NCBI GenBank assembly: GCA_965140485.1
Contig: OZ223249.1
Span: 731,750-795,749, forward strand
Source of the DNA: an uncultured Methylophaga sp.
GTDB lineage: Bacteria; Pseudomonadota; Gammaproteobacteria; Nitrosococcales; Methylophagaceae
DNA: 64,000 bases
Direction: 5' to 3'
Under the pieces are notes generated by a model. The model was not told where the DNA came from. It made no database searches and saw only the letters and a program-made list of their open reading frames with translations. The position numbers and the translations under genes were made by a program. Below, in pieces: positions 30,399-40,641 of this stretch (positions within the stretch are counted from its first letter, which is position 1; each line of letters opens with the position of its first letter).

Positions 30399-31256
30399 TC
30401 AGGCACCTTCAGAAAACACAATGGTGCGGCGACCATTGATAATAATGCGATGCTCAATATGTGCTTTCACGGCTCTCGCCAGCACAATACGTTCAATGTC
30501 TTTCCCCATCATTACTAGATCTTGCGGACTGTTATCATGCTGAACATGCTGTATATCCTGCGCGATAATCGGTCCCTCATCTAACTCAGCAGTCGCATAA
30601 TGCGCTGTGGCACCAATGATTTTAACGCCGCGCTCATAAGCCTGATGATAAGGTTTAGCGCCTTGGAAGGCAGGTAAAAAGCCATGATGAATATTGATAA
30701 TCCGTCCAGAAAACTCAGTCACAAATTCCTCAGACAGAATTTGCATGTAACGCGCCATCACAATCAGATCAATATCAAACTCTGCCAGCAGGCGTTTTAT
30801 TTCAGCTTCCTGTGCTTGTTTGGTCTCAGCCGTAATAGGTAAATGATAAAACGGTTTATCAAACTGACGAGACATACCCTCTAAATCACGATGATTACCA
30901 ATGATAAGAGGGATATCACATTTCAGCTCACCTTCTAATTCTCTGAGTAACAAGTCGTATGGGCAGTGGGAAGCTCTTGTCACCAGTAAAGCTACTCGAT
31001 AAGGCTCTTCGCTATAGCGGACGGACCAGTTTAAGTCGATAGTGGTTGCAAACTGGCTGAACTCGGCTTCCAGCTGTTGATGGTCATAACTACCATCATC
31101 TTCCAGCTTAATACGCATAAAATACTGGCCGACTTCGGTATCGGTATACTGCTGACAATGCAAAATATTAAACTGTCTTTGAGCAAAAAAGCTGGTGATA
31201 CCTGCCACCAAACCTTTTTGATCTTTGCACTGGATCAGGAAAACAATGGCGCTCAT
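30399..31256 (-). CDS. purU: Formyltetrahydrofolate deformylase
   Basis: N-terminal ACT domain, VMARYMQIL, INIHHGFLPAFQGAKPYHQAYERGVK, LDEGPII. Confidence 0.95.
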   Translation of the reverse strand: MSAIVFLIQCKDQKGLVAGITSFFAQRQFNILHCQQYTDTEVGQYFMRIKLEDDGSYDHQQLEAEFSQFATTIDLNWSVRYSEEPYRVALLVTRASHCPYDLLLRELEGELKCDIPLIIGNHRDLEGMSRQFDKPFYHLPITAETKQAQEAEIKRLLAEFDIDLIVMARYMQILSEEFVTEFSGRIINIHHGFLPAFQGAKPYHQAYERGVKIIGATAHYATAELDEGPIIAQDIQHVQHDNSPQDLVMMGKDIERIVLARAVKAHIEHRIIINGRRTIVFSEGA

Positions 31257-31316
31257 GAGGGTTTCCTAAGAAAATAATACGGATAAAAAGCTAAATCCTA
31301 GCACTGTCACAAGGCT

Positions 31317-31667
31317 TTATGGATATTCATCGTATTTGTCATTACGACCTTTGACTTTATCTCGTGGGTATTTAGCCGCATTCTTTTGCATTTTGTGTTT
31401 GATGACCTGATTTAAATCGATATTTAAGTCATGACAAAGATAAAAAAGGTAAACAGCAACATCGGCTATTTCATCTTCTAAATCTTCACGTTTCTCAGAG
31501 GCGAGGCGCTGTTGGACTTCTTCAGCACTCTTCCATTGAAACCATTCCAGTAACTCAGAGGCTTCTATCGATAACGATATGGCGATATCTTTCGGATTAT
31601 GAAACTGCTCCCAATCTCTTTCACGACGAAACTCGATGAGTTGCTTAAATAATTCGGGCTCAATCAT
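31317..31667 (-). CDS. MazG-like nucleotide pyrophosphohydrolase
   Basis: FRRERDWEQFHNPKD.AISLSIEASELLE.FQW, DEIADV, KM.KNA.KYP. Confidence 0.88.
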   Translation of the reverse strand: MIEPELFKQLIEFRRERDWEQFHNPKDIAISLSIEASELLEWFQWKSAEEVQQRLASEKREDLEDEIADVAVYLFYLCHDLNIDLNQVIKHKMQKNAAKYPRDKVKGRNDKYDEYP

Positions 31668-32424
31668 CCTGTAAGAACTCCTCTACCACCTTTTTAAATT
31701 GTTGTGGTCGTTCAGCCTGAACCCAATGACCTGCCTTTTCAATACCGCTAAACCTTGCCTCAGTAAACTGTCTACTAATTTGCTGACGGTCCTGCTCAGT
31801 CACATAATCTGACAGCTCACCATAAACAAATAAGCTTGGCATGGTAAACGTTTTATCCTCACTAATCGCTGCCATTAATTCAGGATAGTTTGCCTTTAAA
31901 GCTGGAAGATTAATCCGCCATTGGAAGGTCTCTTGCTCAGAGACTAAATTCATCAATAAAAATTGGCGAACAGCCTTGTCCGGTACCGATTCAGCCAAGG
32001 CATCATCGACTTCAGTCCGGCGGGTAAATTGAGACAAATTGAGCGCCATCATGGCATCCATCAGTGGTGTATGCGCACTGAAGTATTGGCGTGGAGAAAT
32101 ATCCGCTACGATTAATTTAGATACTTTCTGTGGATACATTGCAGCAAACATCATCGCCACTTTGCCGCCAAGAGAATGGCCGAGAATATGTACATGCTCT
32201 AACTGTAAATCTTCACACAACTCGTGAATATCATCCGCCATAACAGTGAAGTTCTGTTCATCACTGTGTGGGGAACGGCCATGATTGCGTAAATCAACGC
32301 TAATAACACGATAAAAACGTGAAAAATACTTTGCCATACTACGCCAGTTATCCGCAGAGCCAAATAAGCCATGGATAATAATTAAAGGCGTACCTTCACC
32401 ACTTTCTTGATAATGCAATTTCAT
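31660..32424 (-). CDS. YbfF-like alpha/beta hydrolase (esterase)
   Basis: IHGLFGSADNW, DLRNHGRS, GHSLGG, AGHWVQAE; next to fab genes. Confidence 0.88.
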   Translation of the reverse strand: MKLHYQESGEGTPLIIIHGLFGSADNWRSMAKYFSRFYRVISVDLRNHGRSPHSDEQNFTVMADDIHELCEDLQLEHVHILGHSLGGKVAMMFAAMYPQKVSKLIVADISPRQYFSAHTPLMDAMMALNLSQFTRRTEVDDALAESVPDKAVRQFLLMNLVSEQETFQWRINLPALKANYPELMAAISEDKTFTMPSLFVYGELSDYVTEQDRQQISRQFTEARFSGIEKAGHWVQAERPQQFKKVVEEFLQDD

Positions 32425-32478
32425 TGATAGCTTGTTGAAACGTTATAATCGAACAATTTAAATAAACTGGAGCCTGAT

Positions 32479-32652
32479 GTGGAAGACGAAACAATTTTGG
32501 TGATGCTAGTGAAACAATATGCCGATAAATTTGGCATTACCTTCAGCTCAAAATATCTTGATGATCCTGATAAGAAACAATTACTGATCACACTGATACA
32601 AGAAGCCAACGCGGGTAAGCGCGGTCCAGTCACTGACGACGATCTACAATAA
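32479..32652 (+). CDS. Small hypothetical protein (57 aa) below the ORF-track cutoff
   Basis: GGAG-6 nt-GTG start; MEDETILVMLVKQYADKFGITFSSKYLDDPDKKQLLITLIQEANAGKRGPVTDDDLQ; stop runs directly into a terminator. Confidence 0.7.
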   Translation: MEDETILVMLVKQYADKFGITFSSKYLDDPDKKQLLITLIQEANAGKRGPVTDDDLQ

Positions 32653-32680
32653 AAAAAGCCACCGAAAGGTGGCTTTTTTC
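32651..32680. terminator. Bidirectional intrinsic terminator
   Basis: AAAAAAAGCCACC-gaaa-GGTGGCTTTTTT. Confidence 0.9.
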
Positions 32681-32681
32681 T

Positions 32682-33899
32682 TTAATCATCCAGTTTCTCA
32701 AACACCAGACAGGCATTGGTTCCACCAAAGCCAAAACTATTCGACATCACCGTCGTCAATCCAGCGTTATCCACGCGTTCCCGCAGAATAGGCATGCCTT
32801 CCGCTTCAGGATCTAATGTTTCAATATTGGCAGATGCAGCAAGAAAATCATTTTCCAGCATCAACAAACTGTAGATCGCTTCCTGAACACCGGCAGCACC
32901 TAAAGAATGACCTGATAATGATTTTGTCGATCCCACCGCAGGCATATCGGCGCCGAAGGTATTCTTGATAGCACCTAATTCAGCCAGATCACCTACCGGC
33001 GTGCTGGTGCCATGAGCATTGATGTACTGTACTTTACCGCGGCTCGTTGACATCGCTAATTGCATACAACGCATCGCACCTTCACCTGATGGCGCTACCA
33101 TATCGTAACCATCTGATGTTGCGCCGTAACCGGTCAGTTCAGCATAGATTTTGGCGCCACGAGCTTTGGCGTGTTCGTACTCTTCAAGTACCAGTACACC
33201 ACCACCACCAGCGATAACAAAACCATCACGGTCAGCATCGTAAGCACGAGATGCTTTTTCTGGCGTGTCATTATATTTAGTCGATAATGCACCCATCGCA
33301 TCGAATAAAGAACTCATAGACCAATGTTCTTCTTCACCACCACCAGCAAAGACAATATCTTGTTTGCCTAGTTGAATTTGTTCCATGGCGGTACCGATAC
33401 AATGAGCACTGGTAGCACAAGCAGATGACATGGAATAATTTACACCTTTAATTTTAAAAGGTGTAGCAAGACAGGCTGAAGTTGTGCTTCCCATGACTTG
33501 GGTAACACGATAAGGCCCAATACGTTTTAAGCCTTTTTCACGCAGGATATCTGCGGCTTCAACCTGATTTGAAGAAGAAGCACCACCGGATCCCATAATA
33601 AGGCCTGTTCGAATATTAGAAACCTGCTCATCTGTTAAACCAGCATCGGCGATAGCTTGCTCCATAGCGATATACGCATAAGCAGCAGCATCCCCCATAA
33701 AACGTAATGTTTTACGATCTATGAATTCTTTGAAATCAATATCGATGGAGCCTGCAACATGGCTACGAAAGCCCATATCAGCATATTCTTGTTTGAAGCG
33801 AATACCTGAGCGGCCCTCACGAAGAGACTCTGTCACTGTTTGGGCATCAAGACCTAAGCAAGAAGTGATACCTAACCCTGTAACGACAACACGTTTCAT
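32682..33899 (-). CDS. fabB: 3-oxoacyl-ACP synthase I
   Basis: [45 protein letters not shown]. Confidence 0.96.
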   Translation of the reverse strand: MKRVVVTGLGITSCLGLDAQTVTESLREGRSGIRFKQEYADMGFRSHVAGSIDIDFKEFIDRKTLRFMGDAAAYAYIAMEQAIADAGLTDEQVSNIRTGLIMGSGGASSSNQVEAADILREKGLKRIGPYRVTQVMGSTTSACLATPFKIKGVNYSMSSACATSAHCIGTAMEQIQLGKQDIVFAGGGEEEHWSMSSLFDAMGALSTKYNDTPEKASRAYDADRDGFVIAGGGGVLVLEEYEHAKARGAKIYAELTGYGATSDGYDMVAPSGEGAMRCMQLAMSTSRGKVQYINAHGTSTPVGDLAELGAIKNTFGADMPAVGSTKSLSGHSLGAAGVQEAIYSLLMLENDFLAASANIETLDPEAEGMPILRERVDNAGLTTVMSNSFGFGGTNACLVFEKLDD

Positions 33900-33908
33900 T
33901 ATGACATC

Positions 33909-34424
33909 CTAAAAATCATCGGTTGATGTAAACAGACCAACGCGTAAATCTTTTGCAGTATAAATATCGCGTCCATCCACAGATACCGTGCCATCAGCAA
34001 TAGCTAAAACCAGCTTGCGAGAAATAACACGTTTTAAATCAATACGGTAAGTAACTTTCTTAGCTGTTGGTAATACTTGTCCAGTAAATTTAACTTCACC
34101 TGAACCTAATGCTCGACCACGGCCAGGATTCCCATCCCAAGCCAGGAAAAAACCAACTAACTGCCACATTGCATCCAAGCCTAGACACCCAGGCATGACA
34201 GGATCACCAGGAAAATGGCAGTCAAAAAACCACAGATCTGGATGTATATCCAATTCTGCAATAATTTCGCCTTTACCGTAAGTACCACCTGTATTTGCAA
34301 TATGAGTAATGCGATCCATCATCAGCATATTGGGAACAGGGAGTTGTGCATTGCCGGGACCAAACATTTCGCCGTGTCCACACTGCAATAATTCTTCGTA
34401 TGTAAATGATGATTGCTTACTCAT
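33909..34424 (-). CDS. fabA: 3-hydroxydecanoyl-ACP dehydratase/isomerase
   Basis: [45 protein letters not shown]. Confidence 0.96.
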   Translation of the reverse strand: MSKQSSFTYEELLQCGHGEMFGPGNAQLPVPNMLMMDRITHIANTGGTYGKGEIIAELDIHPDLWFFDCHFPGDPVMPGCLGLDAMWQLVGFFLAWDGNPGRGRALGSGEVKFTGQVLPTAKKVTYRIDLKRVISRKLVLAIADGTVSVDGRDIYTAKDLRVGLFTSTDDF

Positions 34425-34511
34425 GAATTCTCTTAATTATCCCGTCAATTGGGCTCCGTATAATACCACGAACGTTTCTAAACCAGAAAAAAACGTCATT
34501 GGTATATATAT

Positions 34512-34537
34512 AAAAAAGCCACGGGATTGACCGTGGC
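34512..34537 (-). terminator. Intrinsic terminator after the TolC-family gene
   Basis: Minus strand GCCACGG-tcaatc-CCGTGGC-TTTTTT. Confidence 0.8.
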
Positions 34538-34560
34538 CATTACTTAGTTAAATTTATGGT

Positions 34561-35880
34561 TTATTGTTTTATAGCAATAGTTTGAGCTGTCTCTGGAGCT
34601 TTGATGTTCAAGCCTTCCAATAAAAGTCCCATGCTATTCAAAATACGATACTGCGCATAAAGCTCATCATACTCGGTGTTGACCAATGCCTTCTGAGCTC
34701 TAAAAACTTCATTCTCTGAGTCCAACAAGTCCAATAATGTACGTTGTCCAAGACTAAATTGTTGTCTGTACGCATCACGCGATTTTTGACTCGCTTCTAC
34801 ATGCTGTTCTCTATACAGCATTTGATGCTTAACAGTTTCCCATGCATTCCAGGAAAGTCTTAGACCTTCCTCCACTTCACGGTAAGTGTTGTTACGTATT
34901 TCAGCCGCCTGATTAATTAAATAGGCAGTCTCTTCGCGACGGGCTGAATCTCTACCACCATTTAATAGGTTATAGCGTAAGCGTAACATCGCAGTAATAT
35001 CTTTGTCTGTACCAACCTGACCATCTATATTGTGATCAGCACGAGTGCCGACTTCAAGGTGAAGATCCGGATAGAATGGTGCCTTAGCTGTAGCATGCTG
35101 AGCTCTTGCTGACTCTAGGTCAAAGTTGGCCAGCCTTAAGGTTGGATGATTATCGACCGCTTTGGCAATGGCTTCATCTAGAGTTTCGGGTATAAAACTT
35201 TTCGGAACTTCAGGCTCTTCCAGTGATTCAGCTTGCGCTCCCACGACTCGAATGAAAGCTGTTTCCGCATCACGTAGCTTACTTTCTTCTTCCATCAGAT
35301 TAGCTTCAGCCAGAGCGAGACGGCCTAGACTCTGATCCATGTCAGCACCACGCCCCACGCCACGTTCACTACGCAGTACGATTTGATCATGTGTTCTTTG
35401 ATGGGCTTCAAGGTTAGTCTGAGCTAATTCAACTATTTTTTGCTGTCTTAATACATTGATATATGCATCCACAGCTTCTAAACCAGTATTTTCGGCAGCA
35501 CTGTAGACAGCGGAGGCACGTGAGTTGGTTCTATATTCCTGCCTCAACACTTCATTTTTAGTTTCCATGCCATCAAACAACATCTGACGAAGTTGTAAAC
35601 TAGCTTCGTCCCTGTTTAATCTTACTTCACCACGGCCTGCCGAACGTGTATTAGGATTATCAGTCATTTCCCAACCAGTGCCGAGAGCAAGGTCAAGTGT
35701 GGGGTAGTATCCTGCTTTAGCCTGATCAATTTCTTTAGAAACCGCTTGTCTTTCGCTAGCGGCAGCAAGAATATCAGGGTTTGACTCAATCGTCGTCATA
35801 ACTGCTGATTGCAGTGTCTGAGCTGATACACTTGATATCATCATCCAAAGAGGTAAACTTAAAACTAACTTTTTGTTCAT
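34561..35880 (-). CDS. TolC-family T1SS outer-membrane protein (LapE-like)
   Basis: Signal peptide, A.AGYYPTLDL, LRQMLFDG, YRQQFSLGQRTLLDLLDSENE; probable start 35880. Confidence 0.9.
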   Translation of the reverse strand: MNKKLVLSLPLWMMISSVSAQTLQSAVMTTIESNPDILAAASERQAVSKEIDQAKAGYYPTLDLALGTGWEMTDNPNTRSAGRGEVRLNRDEASLQLRQMLFDGMETKNEVLRQEYRTNSRASAVYSAAENTGLEAVDAYINVLRQQKIVELAQTNLEAHQRTHDQIVLRSERGVGRGADMDQSLGRLALAEANLMEEESKLRDAETAFIRVVGAQAESLEEPEVPKSFIPETLDEAIAKAVDNHPTLRLANFDLESARAQHATAKAPFYPDLHLEVGTRADHNIDGQVGTDKDITAMLRLRYNLLNGGRDSARREETAYLINQAAEIRNNTYREVEEGLRLSWNAWETVKHQMLYREQHVEASQKSRDAYRQQFSLGQRTLLDLLDSENEVFRAQKALVNTEYDELYAQYRILNSMGLLLEGLNIKAPETAQTIAIKQ

Positions 35881-36004
35881 GACTTCAAATCCCAATCCCC
35901 CCCAGCCTAAACAACATGTGTTCAGTAACTGACATAAGCCGCATTCCATTATGCTTACAAATGGCACGTTGTATTAAAACATAACATATTGTTATTTAAT
36001 AGAA

Positions 36005-36676
36005 CTAACGTAAATCTCTGAAAAATATAGCAAGTGACAACCTATCCGGAATACTCATTTTCTGGAAAATGGCTGTTAAATGTGCTTTTACTGTTCTTTC
36101 TGTAATATTCATTGTCTTGGCGATCATTTTATTTGTCGCCCCATGACTCACAAGCTCAGCTACTTCTAATTCTTTTCGTGACAAACTGTCTAATTTTTCT
36201 TGCTGTTCTGAAGAGAGTTGTGGCGCATGATTTAATTCATCTATCAGGCCAGCTATAACATGTCGCTCGACCCAGACCTCACCTCTTTGGATCAACTCCA
36301 GCGCTATCAGCAATTTCTCATCTAATAGTTCTTCCTGAAAATAACCCCGAGCACCTTGCTTTAAAATAGAAATCTGCTCGATAACAGATAATTTTGGTCC
36401 CAAAATTAGTACTCGAACACGATCAACAGCATTTTCCATTATGCTAAATAATGATTGAGCCTGCTCATCTAAACAAGATAAATGACAGAGAATTAGTTTC
36501 GGTTTTGCTTCTATCAGTGATGGCTGCGCGTCTTCAATGCTTGAGAATCCACTCACCTTATAATTTTCACCTAATAGGTGCTTTATGTGCACAAGCTGGT
36601 TTACATCTTGACCGATGCAATAAAGCATTAACTTGTCTGTCTTATCTGACATTGTGGGCATGGCAGGATTAATCAA
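36005..36676 (-). CDS. LuxR-family regulator with degenerate receiver domain
   Basis: LSRKELEVAELVSHGATNKMIA...ITERTVKAHLTAIFQK HTH; receiver lacks the canonical acidic residues. Confidence 0.85.
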   Translation of the reverse strand: MINPAMPTMSDKTDKLMLYCIGQDVNQLVHIKHLLGENYKVSGFSSIEDAQPSLIEAKPKLILCHLSCLDEQAQSLFSIMENAVDRVRVLILGPKLSVIEQISILKQGARGYFQEELLDEKLLIALELIQRGEVWVERHVIAGLIDELNHAPQLSSEQQEKLDSLSRKELEVAELVSHGATNKMIAKTMNITERTVKAHLTAIFQKMSIPDRLSLAIFFRDLR

Positions 36677-38004
36677 CGTTCTCTCATTGCCTCGTTTTTA
36701 GCTTTGAGTATCGGTTTAAACAAATAATCCAGCACTGTTTTTTTACCTGTCAGAATATCAACCGTTACAGTCATACCTGGAATAATCTCTAATGGACCTT
36801 TACTACTCTCTATATAGTTTTTATCTGTTCTTAAATAGATAAGATAAAAACTTTCTCCCTCATCATTGGTGATTGTATCAGCACTTATCCTTTCTAATGT
36901 AGCAGGAAGTCCACCATAAATGGAAAAATCATAAGCCGTTAATTTCACCATGGCTTGCTGACCTGGACTCAAAAAAGCGATATCAGAGGGTCTGATCTTC
37001 GCTTCTATCAACAGATTATCCTCTACTGGAACAATTTCAAGTAAATCCATTCCTGGCTGAATAACCCCACCTACGGTATTTATTTTTAATTGTTTTATCT
37101 TGCCTTTCACAGGTGACCGTACCAAGGTTCGTCTTACTCTATCTTCTTGAGAAGTCGTTGTTTCTTTTGTAATAGCTAACTCTGATTGCACCTCACTCAG
37201 TTGTGATGCTGCATCAGATTTAAATCGAAGAGTAGTATCCTTGATTTTCTGTTGTGCTTCGTTCAGTGTAGAACGGATACGTGGAATAGCCAATCGCGTC
37301 GTTTCCATTTCACCGCGCAAATCATTTGTCGCCCGCTTTAATCTCAGCAATTCGACTTCGGATATTACACCAACTGAGACCAAAGGCTCAGACATTTCTA
37401 ACTCTTGACGACTTAGGTCATAGCTTGTACTGAGTTTATTTAATTTTGCCTGGTTTTCTAGTAACTCTTGCTGTCGTTGTTTTACTTGTTGTTTGAGGAC
37501 ATCAATACTGCTTTCTAATTCGAGTTGTCTGGATTTATATAAGGACTGTTCACTTGCAGCCAGCCCAGGTTGTTCCTTTATGATTTCTTCTGGTAGCTGT
37601 AATGGCTTACCCTCAACTTCAGCGGTTAAACGAGCTTTCCGTGCAAGTAATTCCCAGTATTTTAATTTTGTTTCGCGAAATGATGATGAAAACCGTGTAT
37701 CGTCAATTTTGAGTAGTACATCGCCTTTGTTCACAATGTCGCCTTCTTTCACCAACACTTCTGAGAGGATCCCACCTTCCAGATTTTGTATGATTTGAAC
37801 TTTACTGGAAGGAATGACCTTCCCCTGGCCTCTCGTGACCTCATCTAACTCAGTGACACTTGCCCACCAGAAAGCACAGATAAAAAACAAACTGATAAGT
37901 AATAATAGAGAGTGGCCAAGTCGAGAAGAACTTTCCAAAGAAGCTGCGCTAACCTCGGACATAAATTCCAGGTCATCTGAGTGGGTTCGTCTAAACCATG
38001 CCAT
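36673..38004 (-). CDS. HlyD-family T1SS membrane fusion protein (LapC-like)
   Basis: GKVIPSSKVQIIQNLEGGI, VRSPVKG, AYDFSIYGGL, IIPGMTVTVDILTGKK. Confidence 0.92.
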   Translation of the reverse strand: MAWFRRTHSDDLEFMSEVSAASLESSSRLGHSLLLLISLFFICAFWWASVTELDEVTRGQGKVIPSSKVQIIQNLEGGILSEVLVKEGDIVNKGDVLLKIDDTRFSSSFRETKLKYWELLARKARLTAEVEGKPLQLPEEIIKEQPGLAASEQSLYKSRQLELESSIDVLKQQVKQRQQELLENQAKLNKLSTSYDLSRQELEMSEPLVSVGVISEVELLRLKRATNDLRGEMETTRLAIPRIRSTLNEAQQKIKDTTLRFKSDAASQLSEVQSELAITKETTTSQEDRVRRTLVRSPVKGKIKQLKINTVGGVIQPGMDLLEIVPVEDNLLIEAKIRPSDIAFLSPGQQAMVKLTAYDFSIYGGLPATLERISADTITNDEGESFYLIYLRTDKNYIESSKGPLEIIPGMTVTVDILTGKKTVLDYLFKPILKAKNEAMRER

Positions 38005-38006
38005 TG

Positions 38007-40187
38007 TTAACCCTTACTCACTTTAATATGACCATTTTTCAATGCGGCAAGAATCTGCTCGCGAGGCCCGTCGGCAACAATGTGTCCTTGGTCCATGACA
38101 ATCACTCTATCCACCAAGCTCAATAAGGACGCCTTATGAGTCACTAATAATAGGGTTTTATCCTCGATATACTCTGATAGTTTTGATTTAAACCGTTCTT
38201 CAGTACTATTATCCATAGCATTTGTCGGTTCATCCAACATCACAACAGACGAATTCAATAACAACGCTCTTGCTACAGCAACGCTTTGTCGCTGACCACC
38301 AGATAAGCCTTCACCACGTTCCCCAACAGGCATATCAAACCCAGACGGATGACGGTTTACAAATTCAGTGACACCAGCAATATCGGCCGCTTTTAATACT
38401 TCATGATCTTCAGCAAATGGAGCAACCATCGTAATATTTTCACGGATACTGCCATAAAACAGCACCACATCTTGCGGTGCATAACCAATATTTTTTCTGA
38501 GATCCACAGGATCAACCTGCCGAATATCAGTATCATCGAGTAAAATAGAACCTTCACTTGGTTCATACAAACCCAACATCAGTTTTTCTATTGTGCTTTT
38601 TCCCGAACCTATTCGTCCGATAAAAGCCACTTTTTCACCGGCATTAATCTTAAAAGAGACATCGGATAAAGCGTCAATGGGTTGTTCTGGATAGCGGAAA
38701 CCCACATTTTTAAACTCAATACCACCTTTAAACTCTGGGCGATTAAGAAACTCACGACCAGAAGGTCGTTCAACGGGTAAAGCCATCAAACTATTCAAAG
38801 AGCTCAAAGCAGCTTTAGATTGGTGGTAACGTGTCAGAATGCCGGCTAATTGTGCCATTGGTGCCAATGCACGTCCTGTTAGAATCGTGCTGGCAATCAG
38901 TGCACCCATCGTAATTTCATTTTCAGTAATCATATAGACACCAAAAACAACGACACTAATTGACGCCATTTGCTGTAAAAATGAAGAAAAGTTAATCGCG
39001 CTAGCGGATAATATTCGAGCACGCTGGCTATATTTAGTCATAAAGCCAATGGTCTGCTCCCATTTACGCTGAATTGGAGTCTCTGCGCCAATACTTTTAA
39101 TGGTTTCTAACCCAGTGAGAGTCTCAATTAGGGTGGAACTTCGCTGTCCCGAATGCCTGAATAAGTGTTGAATCGTTTTAGATAAGGGGATCTGGATAAT
39201 CAAACTTACCAATATAGTTAAAGGGATCACCGCTAGAGGAATATAAGCAACAGGCCCTGCAACAAGCCAAATAACGGCTATAAATAATAATGAGAAAGGC
39301 AAATCCACCAATGTCGTCAGTGTAGCCGATGTAAAAAACTCTCTAAAAGATTCAAACTCTTGCATGCTATTCGCAAATGAACCGACCGAATTTGAACGTG
39401 CGGACATTTTCACAGCCATCACTTTCTCAAAAATGGTGGAAGAGAGAATGACATCGGCTTTTTTACTGGCAATATCAATAAAATAAGCACGAAGCGTGCG
39501 AAGTAATAATTCAAAAACAAATACTGTGGCCACCCCAATAGCTAATACCCAAAGGGTTTCTGTGGCATTGTTTGGTACCACTCGGTCATAGACATTCATC
39601 ACAAACAACGGTGATGCCAATGCAAAGCTATTCACAAGTATAGAGGCGATAAATACTTGGCCATAGATTGGCCAAAATCGCATAATAGTGCCCCAAAACC
39701 AGTGTTGCGCACGTGGTATAGCTGAAAACTCAGTACGTTTATCAAATTGATGAACGGGTTTGATAAAAATACTGTAGCCAGAGTAATGCTCTGCTAAGTC
39801 ATCAAGCGAAACCTCAGACTCTCCCTCACCTGTCTCAGGAAAAATAACTCTGGCTTTGGTTTTTTTGACTTCGAGGAGAATGCAGGCATTCGCATTGTCT
39901 AGTAACAATATAGCTGGCAACACTAGGTTAGATATTTTTGTCAGCTTTCTTTTTACAATTCGTGAAGACAGCCCTGCACGCTCAGCAGCACGACTAAATA
40001 AAGATGGTGAAAGCTTGTTATCTACTAGAGGAAGTCCTGCAGTCAATGATTCAGGACTATGAGGTTTGTTAAGAATCTTTGCCAGCAATGTCAAACACGC
40101 CAGCAAAGGATCATCATGTGTACGGTAACTATCCTGAGCATCCCACTGCTCATTTTTGTTTGTATTGATGACAGGCTCCGTATACAT
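38007..40187 (-). CDS. T1SS permease/ATPase with C39-like domain (LapB/LssB-like)
   Basis: DDPLLACL N-terminus, MNVYDRVVPN, GRIGSGKST Walker A, LSGGQRQ, MLDEPT. Confidence 0.93.
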   Translation of the reverse strand: MYTEPVINTNKNEQWDAQDSYRTHDDPLLACLTLLAKILNKPHSPESLTAGLPLVDNKLSPSLFSRAAERAGLSSRIVKRKLTKISNLVLPAILLLDNANACILLEVKKTKARVIFPETGEGESEVSLDDLAEHYSGYSIFIKPVHQFDKRTEFSAIPRAQHWFWGTIMRFWPIYGQVFIASILVNSFALASPLFVMNVYDRVVPNNATETLWVLAIGVATVFVFELLLRTLRAYFIDIASKKADVILSSTIFEKVMAVKMSARSNSVGSFANSMQEFESFREFFTSATLTTLVDLPFSLLFIAVIWLVAGPVAYIPLAVIPLTILVSLIIQIPLSKTIQHLFRHSGQRSSTLIETLTGLETIKSIGAETPIQRKWEQTIGFMTKYSQRARILSASAINFSSFLQQMASISVVVFGVYMITENEITMGALIASTILTGRALAPMAQLAGILTRYHQSKAALSSLNSLMALPVERPSGREFLNRPEFKGGIEFKNVGFRYPEQPIDALSDVSFKINAGEKVAFIGRIGSGKSTIEKLMLGLYEPSEGSILLDDTDIRQVDPVDLRKNIGYAPQDVVLFYGSIRENITMVAPFAEDHEVLKAADIAGVTEFVNRHPSGFDMPVGERGEGLSGGQRQSVAVARALLLNSSVVMLDEPTNAMDNSTEERFKSKLSEYIEDKTLLLVTHKASLLSLVDRVIVMDQGHIVADGPREQILAALKNGHIKVSKG

Positions 40188-40302
40188 TTTTTGATTTTTA
40201 GTTATTAATAAACTTGCTGAGTTTCACAGTTTTTTAGTTTACTGTAAAGCTTATCCCGTCATAATGTGCTTATACGTCAGGTTAAATGAGGGTTGAAAGA
40301 GA

Positions 40303-40641
40303 ATGGTATATGTAAAGAGAGATGAAACGGCAAATATCATCGCTGTCTATGACAGCCCTCAAGCTGACGCTAAAGAGGAGATGTCCATCACCTCTGAGGA
40401 GTTGGTCGCGTACTTAACACAATCGGAAAGAAAAGAAGATAGTCTGTCAGCACTGAGCGCATCAGACTTATCATTAATCAGGGTACTAGAAGACTTGATA
40501 AATACCTTGATAGAAAAACAAGTCATTTTATTTACTGACTTACCTCTTGCCGCTAGAGAGAAGCTCGCCAATCGTGAAAAAATCAGGGACCAGCTCAATA
40601 GCCTTGAAAATCTAATGAGTGATGATCCCGGATTACTTTAA
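40303..40641 (+). CDS. Conserved-looking small hypothetical protein divergent from the T1SS operon
   Basis: MVYVKRD..., SDLSLIRVLEDLI.TLIEKQVILFTDLP.AAREKL..R pattern; good SD (GAGGG). Confidence 0.7.
   Translation: MVYVKRDETANIIAVYDSPQADAKEEMSITSEELVAYLTQSERKEDSLSALSASDLSLIRVLEDLINTLIEKQVILFTDLPLAAREKLANREKIRDQLNSLENLMSDDPGLL

Noticed and set aside
31317-31667. MazG-like gene as an anti-phage or toxin-antitoxin component
   Set aside because: It is coupled to housekeeping ybfF and purU with no defence or mobile genes nearby; a house-cleaning role is more likely.
35975-36000. Palindrome ATAACA-tat-TGTTAT as a Zur box or dif site
   Set aside because: The half-sites are in the opposite order to a Zur box and there is no XerC arm; noted only as a possible operator of the adjacent LuxR protein.
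40250-40290. Weak resemblance to a dif site (CATAATGT...GTTAAAT)
   Set aside because: Arm spacing and the XerD arm do not fit the 11-6-11 consensus.
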